The position numbers and the translations under genes were made by a program. This document shows positions 18,698-27,983 of a stretch of 64,000 bases of DNA, piece by piece. Under the pieces are notes generated by a model. It worked only from the letters and a program-made list of their open reading frames with translations, searched no databases and had not been told where the DNA came from. The DNA is from Thermoanaerobaculia bacterium (GTDB lineage Bacteria; Acidobacteriota; Thermoanaerobaculia; UBA5066). The DNA lies in contig CAVRAY010000001.1 in assembly GCA_963719225.1 (NCBI GenBank), positions 384,001-448,000 of the forward strand, given 5' to 3'. The stretch's first letter is position 1; the number at the start of each line of letters is the position of its first letter.

Positions 18698-19175
18698 CCG
18701 TGTAGCGGAGCCGTTCCAGGAAGGCGCTCGCGAGCGGATCGCCCGGGTGGAGGCGGAGCACCTCTTCGAACTCGCGCGTCGCTTCCGCGATCTGTCCGCG
18801 GGAGAAGTAGAGCCGCCCCAGGTTCAGGTAGGGAAAGTGCCGGGGCTCGTAGCGCTCGGCGCGCTTGGCCTTCTCGAACCACTCGACGGCCTCCTCGGGA
18901 CGGTCGAGCTGGATCAGATACGACCCGATGTCGTTGTACGGATTGCCGAAGCTCGGATCCGTCGCGATCGCCTTGCGGCATTCGGCGATCGCGTCCTCGA
19001 ATCGGCCGAGGAACGAGTACGCCCAGCCGCGAAACGTGTAGCCCTCCGCGGTCGGCGCCACCATCAGCGACTTCGTGAAGAGCTCTATGGCTCCGGACAC
19101 GTCGCCGGTCAGGAGCGCCTCGGTGCCCTCTTCCCACAGGCTCAAAGCGCGGGAGCGAATGTCCTCGCCCGACAT
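18690..19175 (-). CDS. TPR protein
   Basis: Tandem TPRs (PTAEGYTFRGWAY, GNPYNDIG). Confidence 0.85.
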   Translation of the reverse strand: MSGEDIRSRALSLWEEGTEALLTGDVSGAIELFTKSLMVAPTAEGYTFRGWAYSFLGRFEDAIAECRKAIATDPSFGNPYNDIGSYLIQLDRPEEAVEWFEKAKRAERYEPRHFPYLNLGRLYFSRGQIAEATREFEEVLRLHPGDPLASAFLERLRYTVN

Positions 19176-19195
19176 GAGGAGAGTCTACCTTCGCC

Positions 19196-20269
19196 TCAGC
19201 GGAGCGCGCCCAACCCGCCCGTTCCCGCGTAACCCGTCATCTCGACGTACCCGCGGCCGAGCGGCGCGTGGTCGGACGCGGCGCGCACGTCGCAGGCGCC
19301 CTCCCAGTACGTCACGCGCGTGGACTTCTCCGTCACGAGCTCCTGGCCGGCGAGGACCGGAACGACGTCGAGGTGAAGCGACGCACGAGGCACGTGGAGC
19401 GTCCAGCGCGACGGATACGTCCCGCCGCTCTCCGGGCTCTTCCAGCGGGCGGTCTCCTCTATGGAAAAGTCCTCCGGGGAAAGAGGCTGAGCTCTCCCGT
19501 CCTTCGCGACGAGCGTCCCGGAAGAGAACGAGGCGGCTCCGGCCTTCCCGCGCATCCGGTAGAGCATGAGGTCGCGCCCGTCGAGAAGGTGCAGGCCGAA
19601 CCAGTCCCAGCCCGCCGTGTCCCTTCCGATCGAGCCCGTGCCCCATTCGTGATCGAACCAGGAAAGCCCCGTTACGGGTTCGCTCTTCCCGCCGCCCGTC
19701 CACCACCCCTCGGTGCGAAGGCGCGTCAGGCTCACGTATCGGCTGACCGCCTCGCGCTCGGAGCCCTTGCGCGAAAGGCCCCCCTCGCCGTGGAGGACCG
19801 GGGCCTTTTCGGGAGTCAGGACGAGCGAGATCTCCTCGCCGCGGTCCGCCGCGAAAAGCACGAGCCGGCCCCCGACTTCCTCGAGGCGCCAGTCCTCGTT
19901 CGCGACGAAGAGCCGGTCCTCGCGAGCGAACGCCGCTCCGACGCCCGACCGGTGGGCGCGCTCCGCGAACCGAAACGTCCCGGCGGCCGCGTCCGTCCGC
20001 GCGAAGTGCGCGAGGAAGAGGTCGCGGGCGGCGAACGCCGACGTGCGCGCGGAGCGGGGCTCGTCGGCGATACCCGTGCGAAAGAACGTGAGCTGGTAGC
20101 CCAGCCGCTTCCCGGAAGACGTCTCGAGCTGACCCGTGACGTACCACCACTCCACGCGCGCGTCGTCGTGCGAGGCGTGATCGCGGGGGAACGAGAGATT
20201 TTGCTTCGGATCGATGGGATTGAAGCGTCCGGCGAACAGGAGGAGCGCGAGTGCGAGATGCTTCATCAT
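19196..20269 (-). CDS. lipocalin-like / carotenoid 1,2-hydratase (AttH/CrtC-like) secreted protein
   Basis: FPRDH..H..EWWY, GYQLTFFR, WFDHEW, GWDW, YWEG and GYVEMTGY. Confidence 0.85.
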   Translation of the reverse strand: MMKHLALALLLFAGRFNPIDPKQNLSFPRDHASHDDARVEWWYVTGQLETSSGKRLGYQLTFFRTGIADEPRSARTSAFAARDLFLAHFARTDAAAGTFRFAERAHRSGVGAAFAREDRLFVANEDWRLEEVGGRLVLFAADRGEEISLVLTPEKAPVLHGEGGLSRKGSEREAVSRYVSLTRLRTEGWWTGGGKSEPVTGLSWFDHEWGTGSIGRDTAGWDWFGLHLLDGRDLMLYRMRGKAGAASFSSGTLVAKDGRAQPLSPEDFSIEETARWKSPESGGTYPSRWTLHVPRASLHLDVVPVLAGQELVTEKSTRVTYWEGACDVRAASDHAPLGRGYVEMTGYAGTGGLGALR

Positions 20270-22968
20270 TCTTCTTTCAGTGCGGCCGCGACGTCCGTCG
20301 CGGCCGCGAGGCCGGCCGGCCGTGACGCGGCCGCGAGCGTCGCGAGGAGGACGAGGCCGAGCGCCGCCGCGAGAAAGGTCCACGGCACGTGCATCGCGAT
20401 GGTCCAGCCGAACGACTGGCGATTGATCACGTTCACGAGCACGAACGACATCGCGCCGCCCGCGAGCGCCCCGAGGCCGACTCCGAGGCCGCCGATCGCG
20501 GCGGCTTCGTACCTGACCGCGCGCCTCACGCGCGCCGCCGAAGCGCCGAGGACGCGGAGGAGGCCGATCTCGCGCCGCCTCTCCAGGACGAGCGCGGTCA
20601 GCGTGTTGAAGACGCCGAGGACCGCGACAGCGAGCGCAACCGCCTCGAGCGCGTACGTGACGGCGAACGTCCGGTCGAAGATCTTGAGGACGACTCGCCG
20701 GAGCGTGGCGTTCGTCCGGACGCGGAGCGCGAACCGCGCGCGCAGAGCCGCCGCCACGCGGCGCGCGCCCTCCTCGGGCGTGATTCCGTTCCGGAGCGTC
20801 ACGGCGAGAGTCACGGCGCCCGTCAGCGACCACAGCCTCTGGAAGTGCGCGCGGTCGAGCGTGACGGTGCCACGGTCGTTGGAATAATCCGTGTAGATCC
20901 CGGCGACGCGCACCTGGACGGGCCCGCGGTCCGTGGGGAGCTCCACGAAATCGCCTATCTTCATGCGGAACTTCTCGGCGAACGGCTCCGAGATCATCGC
21001 CTCGTCCTTCGCGAGGGCTTCCGCAAGGACCGTCCGCGTATCGCGCCCGTCCACGAGAGGCAGGTTCCCGTGCTTCGCGATGAACGAGAAGAGGCCGGAG
21101 CCGATGGTGAAGGGCACACCGTCCCTCGTGGCCGAGAAAGCCAGGAAAGGATCGACCTCGTCCACGCCCGGCACGCTCCTCACGAGCTCGATCGCCTCGT
21201 CCGGGATCCTGCCGAAGGACGGTCCCGATCGTCCGCTCGCCGGCGACAGGAAGAGATCCGAGGCGAGCGTCTCTTCCACCCACGTCGAGACCGTCGTGCG
21301 GAAGGAGCCGACCATGACCGCGACCGAGACCATCATCGAAAGGGCCATCGTGAGCGCGGCGACGGCGACCGACGTGCGCGAGAGGCTGCCCGTCAGGTTC
21401 GCGCGCGCGATCCGGGCCTCGACGCCGAAGAGGCGCAGCGCGAGAGCGTCCAAACGTGCCGCCGCGAACGTCACGGCCGCGGGTGCGAGGAGAGAGACGC
21501 CTGAGACGATCAGGAACACCGAGACGAATCCGAAGAGCGGCAGGCCCTCGACGGGCCCGGGCCGCGTCGCGAGGAACGCGAGGACGAGCAGGGCGGAGCC
21601 CGCGATCGCGAGCGGACGCGTGCGTCGCCGTCGCGCGGCCTCGACGGAGCCGTGGCGCATCGTCGCCGCGGGCTCGACGGCCGCGGCCTCGAGGGCGGGA
21701 GCGAGAGCCGACAGGACGGACGTGACGACGCCGGCGGCGAACGCGAAGAGCAGCACGAGAGGCTCGAAGTGGAGCGCGGGATGCGCCGACGGCAGGTAGA
21801 GCTCGGTCGCGGTGCCGCCCACGAGAAGGAGCGCGCCCTTCGCGAGCGCCAGGCCGAGCGCCACGCCGGCCGCGCTGCCGAGGATGCCGAGGGCGAGGCC
21901 CTCGGCGAGGAACACGCCGAACACGGAGCGCTTCGAGGCCCCGAGCGCCCGGACCGTGCCGATGTCCGTGCGCCGCCTCAGGACCGAGATGGACAGCGTG
22001 TTGTAGACGAAGTACATCCCGACGAGGAGCGCGATCAGTCCGAGCGCGGACAGGTTTACCCGAAACGCGCGCACGAGGCGATCGACGGTTTCCGTGCGCC
22101 GTTCCGGGCGTCCGGCCGTCGTGCCGGGCGGCAGAGAAGCGCGGATCTCCTCCTCGAAACGCGCGCGATCGTCTTCGGAGAGACCCGGCGGCAGGACGAC
22201 GTCGATGCGGTCGAGACGGCCGACCTTCCCGAACGCCTCCTGCGCGACCGCGAGGTCCATGAACACGATAGACCCGGCAGCCGCGCGCGCAGCTCCGGTG
22301 GGGCGAAGCACGGCGGCGACGCGGAACCTTCGTTCTTTGCCATTGGTCACGAGCGGCAGGTAGTCGCCAGTATGAAGATGATTCTTTTCTGCAAATACAG
22401 ATGTGACGAGAATCGAATCCTTCTCGAAGATGGACAGGGCGTCGCTCGCTTCGCTCGCGTGCTTAGAAGGGTAATTTTGCTCCGGCGCCGCGGCGCGCTC
22501 TTTGCCCTTTTCACCTTCTAAGAAAGACTGCGATGGGTGAGCTCCACTGTAGCTCGCGTGCTCCGCCGAACCGTCCTGCGAGGGAGCAAAAGAATATTCC
22601 CGCGCTGCCCCGTCTGCGAGCGGATCGATGCCGAGCACCTCGACAACCTCGCCGTCCGCAGCTCCCGCCGCGGCCGTCTCGGTGATCGCCGGCGCGAGCG
22701 TCGCGCCCGCGCGTCGGAGCCAGGCGAGGCGCTCGAGCGTGGCCTCGGGGATGCCCGGGCCGTCGGCGAGTACGGTGATCCCGGCCTTCCCGGCGACGAA
22801 GTCCACGGTGTCGGAGAAGGACGAAAGCACCGACGCGTTCGCGAGGCGGATCGCGGCGATCGTCGCGACGCCGACGGCGATGCCCGAGACAGTGAGCAGG
22901 AACCGGAGGCGGTCTTTCGCGGCCGGCCGGAGGACGAGAGGGCCGACGAGCGCGAAGAAGCCGGTCAC
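20266..22968 (-). CDS. FtsX/MacB-like ABC permease (two-repeat, AttFG-like)
   Basis: GIAVGVA, RRRTDIGTVRALG, ERRREIGLLRVLG and INRQSFGW. Confidence 0.88.
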   Translation of the reverse strand: MTGFFALVGPLVLRPAAKDRLRFLLTVSGIAVGVATIAAIRLANASVLSSFSDTVDFVAGKAGITVLADGPGIPEATLERLAWLRRAGATLAPAITETAAAGAADGEVVEVLGIDPLADGAAREYSFAPSQDGSAEHASYSGAHPSQSFLEGEKGKERAAAPEQNYPSKHASEASDALSIFEKDSILVTSVFAEKNHLHTGDYLPLVTNGKERRFRVAAVLRPTGAARAAAGSIVFMDLAVAQEAFGKVGRLDRIDVVLPPGLSEDDRARFEEEIRASLPPGTTAGRPERRTETVDRLVRAFRVNLSALGLIALLVGMYFVYNTLSISVLRRRTDIGTVRALGASKRSVFGVFLAEGLALGILGSAAGVALGLALAKGALLLVGGTATELYLPSAHPALHFEPLVLLFAFAAGVVTSVLSALAPALEAAAVEPAATMRHGSVEAARRRRTRPLAIAGSALLVLAFLATRPGPVEGLPLFGFVSVFLIVSGVSLLAPAAVTFAAARLDALALRLFGVEARIARANLTGSLSRTSVAVAALTMALSMMVSVAVMVGSFRTTVSTWVEETLASDLFLSPASGRSGPSFGRIPDEAIELVRSVPGVDEVDPFLAFSATRDGVPFTIGSGLFSFIAKHGNLPLVDGRDTRTVLAEALAKDEAMISEPFAEKFRMKIGDFVELPTDRGPVQVRVAGIYTDYSNDRGTVTLDRAHFQRLWSLTGAVTLAVTLRNGITPEEGARRVAAALRARFALRVRTNATLRRVVLKIFDRTFAVTYALEAVALAVAVLGVFNTLTALVLERRREIGLLRVLGASAARVRRAVRYEAAAIGGLGVGLGALAGGAMSFVLVNVINRQSFGWTIAMHVPWTFLAAALGLVLLATLAAASRPAGLAAATDVAAALKEE
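22505..22525 (-). repeat. intragenic TTTCTTAGAA motif, copy A
   Basis: Minus strand reads TTTCTTAGAAGGTGAAAAGGG. A partial inverted copy CTTAGAAGGG lies at 22462-22471. Confidence 0.7.
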
Positions 22969-23654
22969 GGCTCGAGCCTTCCGTCGCGCAGGCGAAGGAC
23001 GCGCGAGGCGTGTGCCGCGGCTTCGGCGGAATGCGTCGCCATCACGACGGTGATGCCGCGCTCCGCCACGAGGCCGGAGACGAGATCGAGGACCTGCCCG
23101 CCCGTCTTCGAGTCGAGATTTCCCGTGGGCTCGTCGGCGAGGAGAAGAGCGGGCTCGTTCGCGAGCGCCCGCGCCACGGCGACGCGCTGCATCTGTCCGC
23201 CCGAGAGCTCGTACGGGTAGGCGCGCTCCTTGTCCGCGAGGCCGACGTCGAGAAGGCCGCGCGCCGCGCGCACGTCCGCGTCAGGCGGAGACACTCCCTC
23301 GAGGAGAAGCGGCAGCGCGACGTTCTCGAGCGCGGTCATCGTGGGGAGGAGATTGAAGAACTGGAACACAGTGGCCGCCGTTTTCCGCCGATACGCGTCG
23401 CGGTCGTCCTCGGACAGCGTCGCGAGGTCCTTCCCGTCCACGAGGACCCGGCCGGACGTCGGGCGGTCGAGGCCGCCGAGGAGATTCAGGAGCGTCGACT
23501 TGCCGCAACCCGATGGGCCGAGCAGCGCCGTGAAGGTGCCGGGCTCGAGCGCGAAGGAGACGCCGAGGAGCGCGTCCACGCCCGCCGCCCCGCTTCCGCC
23601 GCCGTAGGACTTCGTCACGGACTCGGCCATCACGCGGGCGCCCACGACCCTCAT
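22965..23654 (-). CDS. ABC transporter ATP-binding protein (LolD/MacB-like)
   Basis: GPSGCGKS, LSGGQMQR, LLADEPTGNLD and H-loop. Confidence 0.92.
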   Translation of the reverse strand: MRVVGARVMAESVTKSYGGGSGAAGVDALLGVSFALEPGTFTALLGPSGCGKSTLLNLLGGLDRPTSGRVLVDGKDLATLSEDDRDAYRRKTAATVFQFFNLLPTMTALENVALPLLLEGVSPPDADVRAARGLLDVGLADKERAYPYELSGGQMQRVAVARALANEPALLLADEPTGNLDSKTGGQVLDLVSGLVAERGITVVMATHSAEAAAHASRVLRLRDGRLEP

Positions 23655-23689
23655 CCTACGTATGATGCCCGCGTCGCGATGGACGCCGC

Positions 23690-24499
23690 GTGCTGAAGAA
23701 CCTCGCCGGCCTGTGGCGCCACCGCGCGCTCGCCTACGTCCTCGTCGCCCGCGAGCTGAAGGCACGTTATCGCGGCAGCGTGCTCGGGTTCTTCTGGTCG
23801 CTCCTGAATCCGCTCCTCATGCTCGCGGTCTACGCGATCGTCTTCGCCGTCATCTTCACGGGCCGCGGCCCGGAGACGTCGCCCTACGCGCTCTTTCTCT
23901 TCTCCGGCCTCCTGCCGTGGAACTGGCTCTCGTCGTCCCTGACGGACGCGGCCGCGTCGCTCACGACGCACGGCGCGCTCCTGAAGAAGATCCTCTTTCC
24001 GGCCGAGGTGCTGCCGCTCGTGGCGGTCCTCGCGCAGGGCCTCCACTTCGTCTTCGCTCTGCCGGTCCTCCTCGCCGGGCTCGTCCTCGGTGCGTTCGGG
24101 GTCTTCGGTCCGGCGATTCCCCTCGGATGGCCTCTCGTCCAGGCCGTGCCGCTCTTCGTCCTCGAGGGGGTGTTCGTCGCCGGCGTCGGCCTTTTCCTCG
24201 CCGCGCTCACGGTCCATTTCCGCGACGTGAAGGATCTCCTCGCGACGGCGCTGTCGCTCTGGTTTTTCGCGACGCCCGTCCTCTACACGCTCTCGGACAT
24301 CAAGCAGGATCGCATGCGTGCGCTCCTGAAGCTCAATCCCGCGGCGCCTCTCTTCGACGCGTGGCGCGACGCGCTCTTCTATGCCCGGTGGATCGAGCCG
24401 TCCCGGTGGGGGCTCCTCCTCGCGATCGCGCTGGTCGCGTTCTTCCTCGGATACGCGCTCTTCGACCGGCTGCGCGACTCGTACCCGGAGGCCGTGTGA
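23690..24499 (+). CDS. wzm: ABC-2 polysaccharide export permease (Wzm/TagG-like)
   Basis: RELKARYRGSVLGFFWSLLNPL, FRDV, TPVLY and LNP. Confidence 0.85.
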   Translation: MLKNLAGLWRHRALAYVLVARELKARYRGSVLGFFWSLLNPLLMLAVYAIVFAVIFTGRGPETSPYALFLFSGLLPWNWLSSSLTDAAASLTTHGALLKKILFPAEVLPLVAVLAQGLHFVFALPVLLAGLVLGAFGVFGPAIPLGWPLVQAVPLFVLEGVFVAGVGLFLAALTVHFRDVKDLLATALSLWFFATPVLYTLSDIKQDRMRALLKLNPAAPLFDAWRDALFYARWIEPSRWGLLLAIALVAFFLGYALFDRLRDSYPEAV

Positions 24500-25947
24500 A
24501 GACCGAAACGCAAGCCGCGTCCGCCGTCACGGCCGAGGGCCTGTCGAAGAGCTACCGCAAGTGGGGGAGGACGCGCGCGTTCGGGACGCTGAAGTCGGCG
24601 CTCCTCGGGCGGTCGCTGGCGGCGGCGCTCGCGCCGTCCGAGGTGGTCGCGGCGCTCTCGGACGTGTCCTTCACGGTCGCGCGCGGCGAGACCTTCGGCG
24701 TCGTCGGGCCGAACGGCTGCGGCAAGTCCACGCTGCTGAAGCTCGTCGCCGGCCTCTTCAAGCCCACTTCGGGGCGGATTTCCGTAGACGGAAAGGTCTC
24801 CGCCCTCATCGAGCTCGGCGCGGGCTTCCACCCGGAGATCTCGGGGCGCGAGAACGTCGTCATCAACGGCGTCATGCTCGGGCTCACGCGCAAGGAGATC
24901 GAGCGCAAGCTGCCCGAGATCATCGCGTTCTCGGGCCTCGAGGACTTCATCGACGAGCCCGTGAAGACGTACTCGTCGGGCATGTACGTGCGCCTCGGCT
25001 TTGCGGTGGCCGTGCACGTGGACCCGGACATCCTCGTCGTGGACGAGGTGCTCGCGGTGGGCGACGAGTCCTTCGCGCACCGCTGCCTCGACACGATCGC
25101 GGACTTCTCGCGGCGCGGCAAGACGATCTTCTTCGTGTCGCACTCGCTCGTCCTCGTGGAGGAGCTGTGCGACCGCGTGCTCTACCTTGAGAATGGCCGC
25201 GTCAAGGCGCTCGGCGACCCCAGGGAGACGCTCGCGAAATACCGCATGGACGTCGCGGCGGGGGAAGGTATGCGGCTTTCGACCGAGCACAAGAGGGATC
25301 AGGAAATTTTGCTTCGGACAAGAGAAGAGAAGATTTTCTTAGAAGGGGTAAAAGGGTCTGGGGCACCCGACGCCGGCGCGGTTGTCGAGCGAGCTGAAGC
25401 CGATTCCCCCTTCAAAGAAAATCCACCGTTTCCCGATGCTCCTCGAAAGCAGGATCTGGAACCGCCGTCGGAAAAACCTCTGGAACAGAAGATTCCTCTT
25501 CGCCGATGGGGTAACCGGGACGTGTCGATCACGGGATGCCGGCTGCTCGACTCTTCCGGCGCGGAGCGCTACGCGTTTCGCTCGGGGGAATCGCTGACAG
25601 TCGAGATTTCCGTCGAGCCGCGCGCGCCAACGTCCGACTTCGTCTTCGGCATCGGGATCTTCACTCCCGACGAGGTGTGCGTGCACGGGTGCAACACGGA
25701 GATCGACGGGTTCCTGCCGGAGCGTCTCGACGGCCCCGCGATCGTGCGCGTGACGCTGCCGCGCGCCGACCTCGGCACCGGGACGTACCTTCTGGACGTG
25801 GCGGTGCACTCCCGCCGCGAGACGCCGTACGACTACTGGCGCGGCGCGTGCCGCTTCCAGGTGGACTCGCCGGACCGCGAAGCCGGTCTCTACCGCCCCG
25901 AGCGCCGCTGGGCGTTTGCCGGCGCCGTCTGGGTGAGCTCGCGGTGA
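24496..25947 (+). CDS. wzt: polysaccharide ABC ATPase with C-terminal Wzt_C carbohydrate-binding domain
   Basis: GPNGCGKST, ELGAGFHPE, YSSGMYVRL and DEVLAVGD; C-terminal domain after a low-complexity linker. Confidence 0.88.
   Translation: MKTETQAASAVTAEGLSKSYRKWGRTRAFGTLKSALLGRSLAAALAPSEVVAALSDVSFTVARGETFGVVGPNGCGKSTLLKLVAGLFKPTSGRISVDGKVSALIELGAGFHPEISGRENVVINGVMLGLTRKEIERKLPEIIAFSGLEDFIDEPVKTYSSGMYVRLGFAVAVHVDPDILVVDEVLAVGDESFAHRCLDTIADFSRRGKTIFFVSHSLVLVEELCDRVLYLENGRVKALGDPRETLAKYRMDVAAGEGMRLSTEHKRDQEILLRTREEKIFLEGVKGSGAPDAGAVVERAEADSPFKENPPFPDAPRKQDLEPPSEKPLEQKIPLRRWGNRDVSITGCRLLDSSGAERYAFRSGESLTVEISVEPRAPTSDFVFGIGIFTPDEVCVHGCNTEIDGFLPERLDGPAIVRVTLPRADLGTGTYLLDVAVHSRRETPYDYWRGACRFQVDSPDREAGLYRPERRWAFAGAVWVSSR
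25335..25356 (+). repeat. intragenic TTTCTTAGAA motif, copy B
   Basis: TTTCTTAGAAGGGGTAAAAGGG. Confidence 0.7.
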
Positions 25948-27653
25948 TCCGGCCGGAACGCGTCGACCGGACGCTCCTCCTGCTCCTCCTTCTCGCGATC
26001 CTTCTGCTCGTGCTCGAGCCCGGCGCCGTTCCGCTCTTCGAGCCGGACGAAGGCCGCTACGCCGAGATTCCGCGCGAGATGCTCGCCACCCGCGACTTCC
26101 TGACGCCGCGCCTGAACGGCGTCCTCTACTTCGAGAAGCCGCCGCTGTACTACTGGACGGTCGCCGCGTTGATCGCGCTCCTCGGCCCGACCGAGCTCGC
26201 CGTACGCCTGCCGGGGAAGCTCGCTGCGGTGTCGATGGTCCTCCTCGCCGTGGCCTTCGCGCGGCGACGCTGGGGCACGCGAACGGGCCTGCTCGCCGGC
26301 CTGATCCTCGCGACGTCCATCCTCCTCGTCGCTCTCGCGCGCATCGCGTTGATCGACCCGATGCTCTCGGCGTCTCTGGCGGCCGCGACGTTCGCCTTCA
26401 CGGCGTTCGCGGAGGCGGACGCCGCCGGAGAGAGCCGGCGCGCCCGGCGGGCGCTCTACGTCTTTCACGCCGCCTGCGCGGCGGCGGTCCTTCTCAAGGG
26501 TCTCGTCGGGGTCGTCCTGCCGGGAGGGGCGATCGTCCTCTGGACGCTCGTCACCGGGCAGTGGCGAACGCTGCGCCGCGTCTTTTCGCCGGGGCCCCTC
26601 GTCCTCTTCGCGATCCTCGCGGTGCCGTGGCACGTCGCGATGGCCTTCCGCCATTCGGACTTCCTGCAGTTCTATTTCGTGCACGAGCACTTCCAGCGCT
26701 TCGCGACGACGGAGCACCGGCGGGCGGGTCCCCCCGCCTATTTCATTCCGGTCCTCCTCGCGGGCTTCCTTCCGTGGACGGGATTCTTCGGGCGCTTCCG
26801 GGAGGCGTGGCCGGGGTTTTCCATCAGCGGGTGGCGCACGCGCGCGACCGAGGGCTTCCTCTGGATCTGGTCGATCCTCGTCTTCGCGTTCTTCTCGGCC
26901 TCTGGGTCGAAGCTCATCCCGTACGTCCTTCCGATCTGGCCCGCCCTTTCGGTCCTTCTCGCGCTCGGCATCGAGCGCGCGCGTCAGCGGGGCGCCGAGT
27001 TCCGTGCCGACCGGCGGATCACGGCGGCGTTCTTCGGACTCCTCTTCGCGGGCGCGGCGGCGTTCGGATGGGGAGCGGGTTTTCTCGACCGCTTCGGGAA
27101 GGGTCGCACCGGACTCCTCGCGCTCGTGGCTCTTCTCGGCGGTTTCGTCCTCAACGTCTCTCCTCGATTTTTCGGCGCGAGAAAAGGGGGAGATCCCGTC
27201 CTCGCCGTGGCGGCGCCGTGGCTCGCCTTCGTGGCGGGGCTTCTCGTCGTGCTCCCTGGTGCGGCTCGCGTGATCACGCCGTGGCCCATCGTCTCGCGCG
27301 CCCGGGAGATCCTGCGGGCGGACGATCTGCTCCTGCAGAAGGGCCACTACCTCGAGGTCCTTCCGTTCTATCTCGGGCGGCTGACGCCGATCGCCACGCT
27401 GGGCTGGAGCGAGCTCGATTTCGGGCGCTCGCACCCCGGAACCAAGGCGCTTTTTCCGACCGACGAAGACTTTGCCGCGGACTGGAACGGGAGCCGCCGG
27501 GTTCTCGTCGTCGCGCACCGGGATCAGCTCGCCGGATTCGGTCGGCCGCCGCTTTCCGGGACTCCTCCCGAGGTCCTCGCGCGGGAGGCGAACGGGAAGC
27601 ACTGGCTGCTCTCGAATCGGAGGATAGGATCAGGATCCAATAGTTTGGATTAA
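25944..27653 (+). CDS. arnT: ArnT-like GT-C glycosyltransferase (Ara4N transferase family)
   Basis: PDEGRYAEIPREM, YFEKPPLYYW, LLKG, EHFQRF and SKLIPYVLP. Confidence 0.8.
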   Translation: MIRPERVDRTLLLLLLLAILLLVLEPGAVPLFEPDEGRYAEIPREMLATRDFLTPRLNGVLYFEKPPLYYWTVAALIALLGPTELAVRLPGKLAAVSMVLLAVAFARRRWGTRTGLLAGLILATSILLVALARIALIDPMLSASLAAATFAFTAFAEADAAGESRRARRALYVFHAACAAAVLLKGLVGVVLPGGAIVLWTLVTGQWRTLRRVFSPGPLVLFAILAVPWHVAMAFRHSDFLQFYFVHEHFQRFATTEHRRAGPPAYFIPVLLAGFLPWTGFFGRFREAWPGFSISGWRTRATEGFLWIWSILVFAFFSASGSKLIPYVLPIWPALSVLLALGIERARQRGAEFRADRRITAAFFGLLFAGAAAFGWGAGFLDRFGKGRTGLLALVALLGGFVLNVSPRFFGARKGGDPVLAVAAPWLAFVAGLLVVLPGAARVITPWPIVSRAREILRADDLLLQKGHYLEVLPFYLGRLTPIATLGWSELDFGRSHPGTKALFPTDEDFAADWNGSRRVLVVAHRDQLAGFGRPPLSGTPPEVLAREANGKHWLLSNRRIGSGSNSLD

Positions 27654-27732
27654 AAATCCTCCTTCGCGCCGCCTGGTCAGATTTCTCCCTTTGCCTGCAG
27701 TGCCTTACCGTCTGATAGGCTTTCACCCTCGG

Positions 27733-27748
27733 AGGCAGCGGAATTGCA
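27733..27748 (+). promoter_or_regulatory. candidate sigma54 (-24/-12) promoter
   Basis: AGGCAGCGGAATTGCA gives GG-N10-GC with TTGC, upstream of the first TonB receptor. Confidence 0.4.
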
Positions 27749-27765
27749 CCCGGTTTTGTGGTTTT

Positions 27766-27796
27766 CGTCACACCCTCGGACAAGGAGGGTGTGACG
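27766..27796. repeat. perfect 12-bp inverted repeat in the long intergenic leader
   Basis: CGTCACACCCTC-ggacaag-GAGGGTGTGACG. Confidence 0.7.
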
Positions 27797-27983
27797 TAAG
27801 CTCCAAAAAGACCTCGGAGAGCTTTGCGGAGCGGTCAAACAGGAAACCAGAAATAGAGCCTCGGGTGAGCAAAACCAAACGCGAAAGGAGAGTACGAAGG
27901 ACTTCCACAGTACTGTCGAATCTCTACATCGAGTCCTTACGACAGGATCCCATTTTCGTTTCAATTCAGGAGGTAGATTGAAT

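Noticed and set aside
27860-27910. Weak resemblance to a c-di-GMP-I riboswitch (GCAAAAC...GCGAAAG)
   Set aside because: The required stems could not be paired by eye; it needs an Infernal search.
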